From Haliotis rufescens (lineage: Eukaryota), in NCBI RefSeq assembly GCF_023055435.1, contig NW_025964376.1, positions 1,240,001 through 1,304,000 on the forward strand: a DNA stretch of 64,000 nucleotides, read 5' to 3'. Under the pieces are notes generated by a model, which searched no databases, was not told where the DNA came from, and was given only the letters and a program-made list of their open reading frames with translations. Below, piece by piece: positions 37,636 to 51,436 of the stretch. The first letter of the stretch is position 1, and each line of letters opens with the position of its first letter. Position numbers and translations under genes: made by a program.

Positions 37636-38715
37636 ATGTCGTCGTTGCAAGGATTCGTGAACCACTCATTGACCAGATTGAACAATACCGAGAGTTGGAA
37701 TCTTATTGAAAACTTTGCTTTCAATCTGGAAACTGTTTATCTGTGGATTATACTTGTCATCGGTTTCCCCGGAAATTGTGCAACTATTGTCACCGTTGTG
37801 AAAATGTGCCCAGCCAGATCCCTTACTGTTTATATTACCATTTTGGCAGTAGTTGATAACCTGGCCATAGTTGACAAACTTCTAATGTTTGTACTCCTTG
37901 ATCATGGTGTTCACGTTGGGCAGTTTGGATGTAAAATACTTGGATACTTCGGAAACCTCCTCAGCACGTTTGCCAATTGGTTGTTGGTGGCAATGTCTGT
38001 TGAAAGATTTGTAGCTGTGTGGTTTCCATTCAAACTTGGACAAAGTTGGACATTCAAAAAATCAATCATGGCCGTTTTAGTTTTAGCACTGCCCCTCATT
38101 GCCTTGTTTCTGCATCTGTTCTGGATAATGAGATTCGTTGACGACAAGGAGCAAGGCATGGTATATTGCGCTATTCATGAAGAATATAAATATTTCATGA
38201 TGCACGTGTGGTACTGGATAAACGTGCTCATGTATGCGGCTATCCCTTGTACATTGTTGATCTTGTTCAACCTTCTTATCATCATGGGCATTGTGAGATC
38301 AAGAAAAGTTCAAAAGCGGCTCAGTGGTAACAAGGATGACAGCTCTAGTATTGATCGATTACGTCAAGTAACGATAATGTTAGTTGCTGCAGCTATTTCT
38401 CTGGTGATATTGACAACACCACGATGTGTAATGCTAATTTTGACTCCATATTGGAATCCTCCAGAGCAAACGATGGAGGGGTCCGTTGAGTATCTACTCG
38501 ACACAATTGCATTTGTCTTGTGTGATTTCAATCATGCAATCAATTTTTATGTATATTCAATGAGTGCTAAACGATTTAGACGTCAGTTTCTTGACTTATT
38601 TCAAAGAAGAAAGCACCAAATGACCCCAACCAAAACACAATATATTTCTCTTTCTACACGACAGTCAGTGCGACTGAATGGGGATAGCCCGAGTAAGAAA
38701 ATGCAGAATGGGTGA
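37636..38715 (+). CDS. Class A peptide-receptor-type GPCR, FMRFamide/sex-peptide receptor-like, 359 aa
   Basis: Seven hydrophobic segments; GFPGN, LAVVD, GCK, SVERFVAVWFP, ECL2 Cys, YAAIP, TTPR, NHAINFYVY, helix 8 KRFR; N-terminal sequons NHS and NNT. Confidence 0.95.
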   Translation: MSSLQGFVNHSLTRLNNTESWNLIENFAFNLETVYLWIILVIGFPGNCATIVTVVKMCPARSLTVYITILAVVDNLAIVDKLLMFVLLDHGVHVGQFGCKILGYFGNLLSTFANWLLVAMSVERFVAVWFPFKLGQSWTFKKSIMAVLVLALPLIALFLHLFWIMRFVDDKEQGMVYCAIHEEYKYFMMHVWYWINVLMYAAIPCTLLILFNLLIIMGIVRSRKVQKRLSGNKDDSSSIDRLRQVTIMLVAAAISLVILTTPRCVMLILTPYWNPPEQTMEGSVEYLLDTIAFVLCDFNHAINFYVYSMSAKRFRRQFLDLFQRRKHQMTPTKTQYISLSTRQSVRLNGDSPSKKMQNG

Positions 38716-39464
38716 ACTTCTGCTTTTGATTATTATCACCATGTCATCTTAAACTGTCAATGTCAACTTTCAAAGAGAGATGTATTCTTTTCAACTCTGA
38801 TTGATAATCTTAATGTAGAAATGAATGTTAAAATAGCGATGATGGAAGGCCATGATACGTTAAGATTCTTTCATGGTGCAGATAACAATGACACAGGTGA
38901 AATAACCTGGTATTTTATTATTTTAGAATTCTCAAATAAAAAATATCCTAAAGAACATGTGGTAATATTACAAATATGTTTTACTGTTTATGGCCTGTAT
39001 ATATGCAGGGCACTGATATATGTTTGATCTTGTTGTTATTTAATTATTTAATTACATAATGTTGATATTTTGGGAATCTTCGTATTTATCTGGGGGAAAG
39101 AAAGACATTCATTTATTCATATTCTCACCCGGATCTTCACGGATGATATCCCTTCTGGTTTGCAGAAGCATTATTTCAGCTATCTATTCAGATAACTACA
39201 TGAACATATTTGAGCAATGAATGTATCATCTTATTTAAATTCAGGTTGTGCAAAGTGTTAATATACACAAAGATGTCTTCTGCGAAATAGTGTTTCAATA
39301 CATTTGTTTTTCTGACGTTAACAAAGAATTATCCTGCAATAAGCACTAAGATTTGCATGTTTGCGCCAACATTTAATCATTAAATGTAACAATTTGCTAG
39401 TTGATTTTGCTCCATCATGTTATTGTCATATTTGTTGACCTGTCGCCTTCACATGGTAGAAGTA

Positions 39465-39830
39465 CTGCTGGGCGGTGTCACGCAACAAACACATCCGTTT
39501 TTTGCAAACTGTGTAAGTGGCGGGGACGACCGGTATGAGAGGACATGCTTACACTTTTTGCGAACACCTACTGTCATCAGTGATTTTCAGTGATCCATTC
39601 ATATAACTTTCACCTCTATTTTGGCTTTTAAGTCCAGTGGAATCTGTTTCATCGGATAATCGAGACTGGTTATTCTCTGGCCTTGATGTTTTACATTTAC
39701 AGTACACCGTCACGCACTCCCGTATTGGACGATTTGCTCCTCGTGTCAGGCATTTTTGAGATTCAGAGTTTGGTTGACCTATAGATCAGATCGTTTTCTG
39801 ATTGTGAGTTAAAAATTCAAAGAACATTGT
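39465..39830 (+). repeat. Dispersed repeat also at 53290-53700 (-), 2770-2890 (-), 47690-47746 (-)
   Basis: Shared core gtggcggg..aggacat.ctt.c.ctttt.gcgaacacct. Confidence 0.7.
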
Positions 39831-40139
39831 ATACATTGTAACCCTGATAAAATCAAATTCAACCCTGCCCCCTGCAATTGCCCTGATCTGCGGATTAAAG
39901 AGGTTATATTTCATGATTATATGATTCCTGTCTGGGCTAAAGGAGTTTCACTGAGTTTGAAAAATAACGATAGGAAAGCATGTGTTGGTCCTGGTATTGT
40001 TATATTAGGCCCTTATGGCAAGTTAGACAAGTAAGTTATGTTTTAGTCATTATATAATCCACGCCTCGATCGTCATTGTTCTTTGCGATTTATCAGGTAG
40101 CTCTCTTTTATCAATATTTCTCTTTCCACGTATATGTAA

Positions 40140-40645
40140 TTCTGCATTATATGGTGTATGGTGATTGTACCAGCTTGGTACCCTCGAGGGGGGTTGAAGT
40201 AGCGTACAATTATTGTCCCCCTAAGAGGGTATGTAAGTCCCAAATCATTCGAAGTATTTTTATGCATACCAGACTTTTAAAACGTAGCATTTTTGTCATT
40301 TTAATCTTAGGCTAAACTGGTAAACTATCGCCAGTGACTTAAGGGATGATATAAATCCTGCCGGGGTCCATGCAGGAAGCAAAGGCACTGTAAGTCCCCA
40401 TGGTCTCTGGTATGGTGATCTCTCTTTAGTTACTGATCGACGATCCCTAGCCCATTTTTTTACTGTGTTGTTCACTGATACTTATGGTTTTTATATATTC
40501 TCAACTAGTTTTAAATCGAATCTGTGGTATTCTAGTTATTGTACTGTCCTTCGTTGACAGCTTTTTATTTAGTCTAAATCTATGTATTATTAACGTACTT
40601 CTCGTCACGATATGGCTAAAATACTGCCGATGTGACGTTAAATCT
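40140..40645 (+). mobile_element. Solo 3' UTR of I-group LINE
   Basis: Matches the reverse complement of 15940-16350 plus 14355-14437; (CTCA)n tail. Confidence 0.9.
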
Positions 40646-40864
40646 TAACTCACTCACTCACTCACTTGTAGCAGCTTGTGCGTGTTGTAAGGAAACTCAT
40701 CAAAAGAACTTACGTTTATCAACGGGTGAATGTAAAACCGAAAGGCATGCGCAATGTATACCAAGACAAATAAATATTACCGATTTGGACGTTGTTGTTA
40801 TGAAAAGGTGTTGTTGTTTTCAGAAATGTTGTTCCTGCTGTTGCGCAAAGACAATCAAACATGA

Positions 40865-40936
40865 GTGAGTTGGTATGGTTTTACGCCGCTTTTAGCAATA
40901 TTCCAGCAGTATCACGGTAGGGGACACCAGAACAAT
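40865..40936 (-). mobile_element. SINE family B 3' fragment
   Basis: Tail motif; TSD caatcaaacatga. Confidence 0.75.
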
Positions 40937-43469
40937 CAATCAAACATGAATATAAATTATACGTTTATCAGTTGCTGTGTAAGGCATATTATCCTCAATT
41001 GTTAGAAGATTGACATTGCGTTCTAGAATGTAGGACATTGGTAATCAAAACATAAACAGGGCATTGACACCTAATCCCGGACAGTGGTTCCTCAGAAATG
41101 ATTGACCGTTGACAAACGTTACTAGAAATCACTGACCATGGACATGGTGTATAAGGATGTACTGATACTGTGGCAATGATGCATTACCGCTTAGACAATG
41201 AATACATAGGACACCGACAACTACCTTACCGGAAATCCATTGTCAGGCATTTAGAAGATAAAACCTACTTAGTTTAGAGGTTTCGAAAGTAGATCCGATG
41301 ACTGTAAATGTCATTCGAAACCGAACGCCATAAAGTAAAATTTCGATTTTGAAAAATATAACGGTATCGAAGCTCGAAACAGTATGTACACTACAACGCG
41401 AACGTTTGTTATTCCACGGATAAGTTGCAAATAATTCGCGAAAAATCCGCGGATTTCTGTGAAAAGTATTTTATGGGACTATCACGCCATCAATGCGTGG
41501 CGGGCCATGGCAATATTCTCCATACATGTACAATGTATACTATGGTGCTGCGCTGTGAACGGATTGCAAGTACATTTGAGAATTACATGTAAACAACAGT
41601 TTGTAAAATATTCCGGTTATGATAATGTTGTGATTAAATATTCTTTTTGACATGAGAATGTGATTTATGATACATTTTCATTGTGTCTCATGCATTGTAC
41701 AAATCTACATGTATACATGTTTGTACTTGCATATACTTATGCAGTGGTTTGATGAAAAACTTTGACACTGGTTTTAGTACAGTTGATATGTGTACATGTA
41801 CATTAAATTTTTTATTAAAAAACACATACAATGTACATGTATGGAGAGACGTCCTGATTATTGTGGTCACACAGTTAACGTTTATAACAATATGAAGTGC
41901 GTTGCATGTACTCGTAGAAAACTGATTATAAGATACGCATTAGACACATATACTTCAATTCCCATGTTATTTAAATTAAAACCAACCATTAACTACGGAT
42001 CTGTCTGTGTGAAAGTGCTAAGTGTCCTTGTGATATAACAATAGACCTTGTACATTCAAGCACGTTTTATACGTACTGTACAGGATATTGCAATCAGACG
42101 GACGGTCAGTAAGACAGCTTATTATCTTGTATTAGTTTACAATTAATGTGGTAAGTACATCAATTGTCGTCAGTTTATCCAGAAACAACACAATGTAAAT
42201 GTATAATGTGTGCTACTCTCAAGCGAAAATAATTGTATACTGATTAAAGCTAAATGTGTGAGCAACTATTGTTAGTTTATCATAATTAAATAACCAGGTT
42301 TGATTGTTGTGCATGCAAGATATACATGTAGTTATTATACTACACTCTAGGGATAAATCAAACTTTCGCAAGTTTGCTCTCGTTATCATAATGTTCAATT
42401 TCAACATGCCACACCAGGCGTTTATAAACAGTTATGCAGGTGTTGCTGTAGGCAATTACTTAGCCTGTATATATATATTTGTAGACACATGCATAACATA
42501 TTTTCGTTAATTGTTGATATATTAGGCACAAAGACACATAACGCTTATAAAAGATGAATTGGTGCCTTGATATACAACAAGAACGAATCTTGTTTTTTAT
42601 CTCCGCGATCGTGATGTGTATCATCGTTTAATGGTTTCTCCTGTTACATGTATGTTTGGAGGTGATATAAAGAGCGACGCAGCGCCCAGCAGATACAGAA
42701 AGTGTCATCCGTTTCGCGTGAACTACCAACCCACTTCCCTACCCTGTCAGTAAGAGTTATGTAATCGGGACACAAATAACTTTAAAACGGCGTGAGTGTG
42801 GAAGGAGTTTGAATTCCGACTGCCGTTCCCATAACCTAGCGATGCAGGTAACTAAAACCAAATAAAATATGTCTTGACATCATCTGTTGTGTATTAGATG
42901 ATAGTTATGATCTGAGAATGTTATAGCGTTTGGTTAGGAAGGAGAAAAACTTAAGTGTTTTTGAGATTTGGGAACACCCAAACATGTGGTTGAAATCAGT
43001 CACTGAGCAATAAGATTAAGCAACATAAACATGCATAACAGGGCATAGAGGGAATGGTGGAAACAAATTGAAATAGATTTTTATAACAAAATAATAACTT
43101 GCCTGTGCACAAGCGGCTCCAAAGGATAGGATATTGCACAGACAACACACACTTGTTTGATTGTTTTGAGTTTAACACTGGCGAATAGAACGTGGTATTT
43201 ATGTTACATGTATACGTTTGCTTCCATTTACACATTCAGATTTCTTACACACCTGTGGGTGGGAAACCCATTTGAGATAACTGGTATCAAACATATGTGT
43301 GAGATCGAATTCCAGGCCCGTGATAGGCTACTCCATGGTGATGACCTGAGGTCAGATGATGACGGACTACTTTTCTGATTGTAAGTCATTGATAAGTTGC
43401 TCGTGCTTGAGTCGAATGTTCACCTACGCCTTGTTGAACCACAGGACCGTGTAATAATTGAAACTACTC

Positions 43470-43502
<33 letters not shown>
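43470..43502. repeat. (ACT)n microsatellite
   Basis: Direct read. Confidence 0.95.
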
Positions 43503-44851
43503 ATAATAATAATGCGAGTTTGTTTGTTATTATTATTATCAGTTACATTATCTGCTGTTATGTCAACGTTATCATTTTTCAGAGTGTAATGCACCCCCTG
43601 GATGCCAAAGCGACACATATGTCCCTTCTCTTCAACCCTCACTTCAAAGTCGAATAAAATTCAAAATACATCACGCAAACTAATACACTTCGCAGTTTTG
43701 AATTCACTCTTCCTTTTATCATTTGCTGTCATTTTAGGCAAAGCAAAATTACTGAAAGTGACTTCTGAAAATTAGGTACATTGTAAATCTAGCCAAATCC
43801 CAATTCACGGGGTTATTTACTGTGTGTTTAGAAATCTAAATATTGGATATTTACTCGAATAATTAAAGTAGAAAAATATCATATTAGTGACCAAGGGTAT
43901 CAAATAACTAATGATAATTATGAAACGTCGCTGATATGCCTAGAATCGTTTAGAATGTTTTGGAAAATACGCCGAAGTTTACGTTCCGCCATATTGGATT
44001 GTGTTTACAAAATGCCGGTTACGAGACGCCTATTCGATCAGGTATATTTCAAACTCAGATGCTATACATGCATCCCTGAATTCCTTATATATTTTAGAAA
44101 CAAATGACAAATTTGTCACCAATGCCAATTATCTAGATGAAATCATGCGAAATAAATTAGGTGTTGAAACGAACACTGTAAGCAAACAAAGCAAAATATT
44201 CAGATTTTACACTGTGTTGCATGTTTAGAGGTACTTTCGTCTAATTGTTGCATGCATTGGCTCGATCACGCGTTTGAGAATATTCATGCGAAGAGTATCG
44301 TTGCACTGATAATGGAATTCCAAATATAAACATTACAATGATGTGGTTAATTCAATAGAAACCGTACAAGTGTGACACCATGACTGACGCTAAATCACGC
44401 CAAACGACGACGGTAGTTATCTGCATTTCTGACTAATTCTCTCTGTAACATTGAAAAAATGGTAAAAAAATAACAGTACGCAGATTGTCAAAATGTTTCT
44501 GATTACTTACGTGACACATTTAATTTATGTATATACGATCCCTCAATCAACGAAAATCCTCCTACGGAAGTAAACACTGTTGTACATATTTCTTTGAGGT
44601 GTAAACTTTTAACTCGGCATCCAGCGTGTTCTTTGTTTTTGTCTTGTTTGCATTATCATCATCGCCTTGATAATCCACATGGCGGAAACCTTTTTGTGTA
44701 GGGTCACATTATTTATGAGTAGTAAGCAGTACATAGAACGACGTCACTTATGACAGTGGTGTTATGTATTATGCGTCACTGCGATCATGAGAATATACAA
44801 AATGCATCGATCCGATGCTAAAAAGGTGCGATTTCAGGGTGTGTAAGAATC

Positions 44852-45001
44852 AGATTACTGTACTCGTGCCTGTCAGATTCCATTGATCTTAGAACTCGTT
44901 GTTACAAAGCTTATCTAACTCGCTTTCGCTCGTTAGATACGTTTTGAAACAACTCGTTGTAATATCAATGGTATCTGATAGACACTCGTGTAGTAAAATC
45001 T
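44852..45001. mobile_element. Palindromic non-autonomous element (possibly Crypton-related)
   Basis: About 70-bp imperfect arms with symmetric ACTCGT motifs. Confidence 0.6.
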
Positions 45002-47521
45002 ATATACCACCTGTGTGAAGCATTGTGAAGCTGAGAACAGAGATGCCAAGTACTACGTTAACACAGCGAAGCATATGATAGTTGTGTGCATGCCCTTTTC
45101 TCTTAGAAATGTGACACTAAAGTATTTATTAATGTAGTAAATTTATTAACCATGGTTACTCACGGGGCCTTGGGGTGTCTCCGAAGGATATGATTTTGAG
45201 TTTATTGACAGTTTTGATTATTTGGAATCATAAAGCCACTTTCTCTTTGACTCTATGCGAAGTCGTAGATTATAACTTTTTCTATTCTTACACGTACCTC
45301 GATCAACTGAGTGCTAATGAAGGCAACTAATAAATGACACCCCACATACCCGGTAGAAATTGATAGTGATGCTGTCGGTGTCGGATCCAAGGAAGGAACA
45401 AGTAAATGAAGACGGACATATGTGTAATTCAAATCAAAATTTATTTAGATAGAAAACCAAATGGCCCAAGAGAGAATGAGGTGATGTGGTGGAAAACACT
45501 TTCATTTTCCTAAAGAAAATCTCTGCCAAAGGCACAGGCGATTGTACAATTGTACGATTGTAAAGCATGCGATGGTGATATTCATGTTAAGCATGCGGTG
45601 ATGATCTTCATATAAAATTTGCAGTTGTTGCCAATAGCTGATCAGCATGTGACATTCAAAACCCTTTTTGGTACGAGATATACACATCAGCGCAGCAGCA
45701 TGGCATAATCACAGAACGCACAGAGGCACATGATCTTAACACGAAAGCATAATGGAACACGATCTTCACGCAAAGCACAACGGCCCATGATCTTCACCCA
45801 AAGCAAAAGGGATCTTGGATATCAATACATTTCATCACACTTTTCAGGAAAGCAGAAAAGCTTATTATATTATACAGTGACCGATTAGGGAAGACAAAAT
45901 CTTATGAACTCTCATACTTTACAATTCACATCAGCTCAAATCAAGTTGTTGTTATACAGTAAGCATCCACAACAGCACAACTCAGGGCGCCTAACAAGAT
46001 GCTTGGATTTAACTGGACACTACTCGCCATCGTTCTGCAAGTGTCAGCTCACTGGGCCTAATTTAGTTATATATTACATTATGTATTTGTTGTCTTGCGG
46101 GAAAGTGGTCTGAGGTGGCCATGGCAAAATATTAATCCTAATATGTCTGAAATAATGTGAAACTACATAGTGTCATTTAATGCTGCAGTTGGGCATCCGT
46201 TGTCTGCCATGAATTTGAAAAAAAGGGAAATCACATATCTGCAAACAAGAAATGTAATATTAAACTCCTACCAGGTGTGTGGGCCTGGGTTTTCACATTC
46301 ACTCATACAGTCCTGCACGGACCTGTTCAATGAATACACATACATGGTACCACATGTTCATCAACACACAAGGAAACAACACATATGACTAAGATATATA
46401 ATAAAAAAACAACTCAAACAATGTCCTGAAAATTTCATTCTATGTACATACGTCATTTTATGAACTAACTTACGCACATGCACATGCACATGCATACGCA
46501 ACGACACATACCCATACAAACAAATACGCTCGTACGATGCTACAGTACATATCACATTCTAACCTTGGGAGTATGTAGTATATTTATTGCGCCGATCTTC
46601 AAATATCCAACAGGTTAAACTTAACCAGTGCTGAAGAAACAACTCCAAATGTGACTCCCTGAGAGTGACTGAAGTGCCAGATCCACCACTGAGTTTAAAC
46701 TGTGTATTAGTTATGTAATCAAGACAAAAGGCGGGGACTGGTCAGTACTTATGCATTGATTGATGGCCTTTGCTCGCCCATGCTTCAGCTTATTTATGTA
46801 TAACGTTCAACTAGATGATATATATTCAGGATAATCAATTATTCTCGTTCCTAATTCGAATGAACGCATAGTAAGTCTACATCTGCAAGATGACAGACAA
46901 AATCCTTCATTGCACAATACAAACGTAGCGGCTGATAAAAGAGACAATAATTCAATAATCTTTGTGTAATTCATTATTTATTCTTGTTCAATCTATTGTC
47001 TGAAGACATTTTAAAGTTTCAAGGAGTTCTTTAATGGTGTGGTGTTATAAATGAAATTATAAGAATATGAATAGTGAAAAACAGCCACCATATGGGAACC
47101 CGCTTGTGCCGAAGTCCAGGGGTCATAAACCAAATTGGTCCCATAAAAGGGGCAATTAGTTTCGCAGCTACTCCTCAGTCATCCGATTCTCATCCGATTG
47201 GCTCTTTTCTGGCGGGGATAGACAGTTGCAAGGATGATATCAAAACCCGCGCAATAGGATACATTATGTGAATGATCTCCTTTGACAGTCACTCATTTCA
47301 TTGATGCCAAAAACAATCACTTGTAACAATTTGGTTGACTTGTACGAGCGTATCCCAAAGGAAATGCGAGATCCCTCAACGTTGTATTTTTCCATTAGCT
47401 GTATGAGATAAAACCGTGCAATAAAACACTTCGATAACTATCTGTCGTTACATGACATGGATAATTTAGAAGGGCGCTTTAGTTAAAGTGGTTTTTTTAT
47501 CTTTGTGTCGAATCATTTCAT

Positions 47522-47626
47522 CCAAATAAAAGCGACAAAATCCATTCCATAGTCATAAATAAAAAGCGACAAAAACATTTTCAAAATCATAAATAAATAG
47601 CGACAAAAATATTTCCCAAATCATAA
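47522..47626. repeat. Three copies of an approx. 34-bp unit
   Basis: aaataaa.agcgacaaaa..att..ca.a.tcat repeated. Confidence 0.8.
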
Positions 47627-49719
47627 GAAATCGATTCTAAAAGCAGAGTCTACTGTTCGATTCCGAGTATATCAGGAGCATAGTTTCGGAATCACCCCAG
47701 GTGTTCGCGAAAAGCTGAGCTTATCCTGTCCACCCAGTGGTACACAAAACACATGTAAAGGCAAATCAATTGTTCACCTGAACAAACACGCTAACATATA
47801 GTACAACTTAAAATAGGGAATGGCACAGGACATCTTTTGGTCGAAAGAGCATGCTCGAAATGCATCTCAAACGTTTTGAAATGTTGACACCAAACAACAC
47901 AATGTTTAAAAAGGGAAAGAAAACTATGTTTTCATTGATGTGACCTTTCAAATATATTTTCATACTTGATCATCAGTGATTTGTTCTTCTCAGGCTTTGC
48001 CGGGAGACTTGAACCAGTGACCATTAAAGACATCTGTCATTTTTTTCAGTAAATGGGAGTTAATTCTAACCAAACCTACGTTCTACTTTAATTTGACAAT
48101 TAAATAAACCATTAGACGTGCTATGGCCAGAAGCGCTACATCTCCGACACACAGAGATTTTTTTTTTATCAGACAAATGACATGTTCAATAATTAATGAC
48201 ATTTTGTCCATTTGACATATGTATTTATTACATCAGTCTTATTATAGGCATCACGATGTATCCTCGGCACCGTATCTTTATAGATAAAGAGTGAGTTTCT
48301 CTCTGTTAACAGCCTACAAGTGAGTGAACGTCATCTTTACCAGACTGGCCTATAACACTGAATTAAGTAGAAACCTTTAAAGAGGAAAAATCTCTTTTGA
48401 GGACACTTTCCTTTGATCCCGTCAAGTTCAATAAATAATTGTCATATTGTTATAGCTGATGAGTAGAAAAAAACTGTTATCTAGATACATTTCCTTGGTC
48501 CCCAGAGATATGTCACAAAGCAAATTTGATTTGATAAGTAGAATAGCAGTAAGTGTGATTGTAAACCCATTACTTGCTAAGGCGTCACAGCTCAACTGAA
48601 TAATCAGGAGACAATTGAAAGTGCTTTGCCCCACCCGCCACTGCATATTAGTTCTGTCTTCCATATAGGTGAGGCGTGGAAACCGACAAGACCTATAGTC
48701 TTTGTTGAAGTTAAGGATCGTGCAGCGAAGTAAATCCAAGGTTTGGTACGATGCCTCCATAGCAACAGTATATCATGCATGTTATTGTTAGAGTTTCTTT
48801 AATGGTTTACCTTATGATAAGATCCGTGACTTATCGTTTGGATTTCATATAAGAAGAAAATGATATATAAAGTAGTAAGTGATAAATAAGGAAAGCATTA
48901 CAATAGTTGTTATCATGTGTCTAAGAAAGTGTACACTGTAAGTCCCATATTCGTTGATTAGGCTTGACGTGTTATTAACATATGAGTTCATTTATTTATT
49001 TCATGAAAAACTGAAATTTGAATGTTCCTTTTAAATAGTTTTGAGTAAGTAACGTAATATAAATGCATTTTATGAGCTACGTGCATATTCTTGGGTAGAT
49101 GTTAATGCCTGTAAATAACAACATGTTCTCTCCAAGATTCCTTAGCTCTTCAGTGTGTTAATCATCAAAAACCTGAAGATGTAAACTACAGTATTTAGTT
49201 TGCTTCTGCTGATTCCTTGCGAAGATTAACCAAAATTTATTTTACTAGATTGTGTGAGGTAAACTGTCTATACCAATTTTTTTAAGCATGATGCTTTAAA
49301 CATTTGAAACCACTACCAGAATATCATGCACCAAGTTAAAAGTTGTCAACGATACACAAGTTGTAAAGTGTGTTGCTGTAACTGGGTAGTACTGTATTTA
49401 TTTATATAAGCTAAAATGAAATGTGATTGCACATAGGGTTAATAATGTCATGTGCTGCGTATACTCTTGTATGAAATGTTAATTATTATGGTTGTAATTC
49501 ACGACGGGAATACCATATTCAGGACTTTTCAACTGATTAAATGCTTAAAGGTCGTACATGTATAAACAAATCATTGCATCGTCTTATGAGTTTACGTTAA
49601 TGCTGCAACACAATCAAAGCCAGTGAAATTTCTATACCTTCATTAATCATCCGGATAACATTCAGTCCAATCTATTTCAGGCTATTATATAAAAACAATA
49701 CATAGATTTCGTTCCTGAC

Positions 49720-50023
49720 AATCACCAGCGACGGGGGATGGTGTAAATCCTGCTGGGGTATCATGCAGGAAGTAGATGAACCGTAAGTCCCCAAGGTCCC
49801 TAGTATGGTAGCCTCACTTTGGTTGCTGGTGATCTCTAGCCCAATTTTATAATGTATTGTTGAGAATAGTCAGATTTTTATGGTAACATGCTAGTTTTAA
49901 ATCTATATCTGTGATAGTCTAATGATTTTTCTGTCCTTTGTTGACAGATTTTAATCTCTATATGTATTAATGTATTACTTGATTTAGTCACTATATGGCT
50001 GAAATATTGCGACTCACTCACTC
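49720..50023 (+). mobile_element. 3' UTR remnant of I-group LINE
   Basis: Matches 25490-25777; (CTCA)n tail. Confidence 0.85.
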
Positions 50024-50959
50024 TTACTTCACACTATTATAATGAATTTACACCTCACCAGGCTAATGGTAGGAAATTGACAAGATACATCTTCTGAATT
50101 TCACTGTTATTGAATGCGCGTAGGGCCTTAACAAATAAAAATGGCTAATAACATATTTTCTCTCTATCAACTAGATATTGCTTCTAATTCTAGAATACAT
50201 TATAAATCTTCTATATTATGTTAGGCATAGGAGCCTACTTTGAATAATATTCAGAGGTTCATTTAAGGATATGTAGCATCAGTAGGGTCGATGTATAATA
50301 GTTACATATTACATTGGAGAAATAACAATGTCGATGAGGTAATGCAAAGTACAAGTTAAAAATAACATGTACGTTTATAAAACAAACTAGACATATATGT
50401 TGATGGGTTTTTTAAATAAATATAATACTGTTAAAATATAGCTAGTTGGTATGCGCGATATGTGTTCATAAGTTTAAAAAAGGAAATCAGTGACTTGTTG
50501 TCGGGCAGAGAATCGTGGAAATTAATATCATGTGAAGCAAAACGATTCCGTTTCACAGCCTAATTAGGGTGGAATAAGACCCTAATTTGGCGCTAACATT
50601 AACGACAGCACCAAGTCTCCAGTCCTTTAAATTAGGACTCAAGAACCAGCTTTCTCGTCGGCATGAGACTCCCTAAACCATAATGTATTGTTGGCGCTAT
50701 GAGCATATCTTGGTGTGGATCCAGCGCAATATAAGTGGACTAATTATTAGATTGTACTTTAAGAATAACAATGCAAACTTTTGAGGAATCAAAAATAAGC
50801 AAATGCACAACTACAATACCGGAGCTTGTTACATCACACCGAAACAGAAACTGTACTTCATTAGAAAGTGGTTTAAGGCGAGGTAGCGGCGGCGCATGCA
50901 TGATACCAGATGATTGAAACAAAATGTCAACCAAAGATTGGACCAACTAAGCTTGCGCT

Positions 50960-51365
50960 TCCGGCTGGTTCTGGTCCTGTCGCAGGCGTCGTTTCATCTC
51001 TTCCCAGACATGTTCTATGGGGGAAGAGGTCTGGAGAAACAGCTGGACAAACCCCTAAACTTACGGCGTTGAGTAACGCAAACGTCGCTAAAAACGTCCC
51101 CTGGACGACTGTAGACTGTTGAGATGAACCCTGGACTCATATGTGAACAATATACTGCCCAAGACTTGTATTCTGAACCTCAGATAATGTTTGCACCAAG
51201 CTAACCGCGTCTGACGGTGACGTGGAAGCAAAATTGTGGCCGGATGTTGTGCTTCCTCAACCGGTCGCGTCAGTTTGGCATCGATTCCGTAGATGCATCA
51301 ACCGAATATGATTGTCTTGTTGACGCGACATCATACCTGGACAACCGGCCCGTGGCAAGTCATGC
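50960..51365 (-). mobile_element. Degenerate Tc1 transposase remnant
   Basis: DLPRAGCPG-, HRQTRLAWC- and SPDLFPIEHVWE-like segments. Confidence 0.6.
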
Positions 51366-51436
51366 TAGTATATATATTATTTTAGCCTGACAAATAGTAG
51401 CACAGCACAGCACAGCACAGCGTTATTAGTAAATAT

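Larger units (their letters stand above)
27810..39600 (+). repeat. Right arm of the inverted segmental duplication
   Basis: See left arm; interrupted by SINE, Tc1 and LINE insertions. Confidence 0.88.

Noticed and set aside
45700-45816. Three to four degenerate approx. 28-bp units (gatcttcac.caaagca)
   Set aside because: Real but short and decayed, with no further structure.
14760-48470. Other CTGATGA/TCATCAG hits as hammerheads
   Set aside because: Those inspected lack stem II followed by GAAA and a closing stem I.
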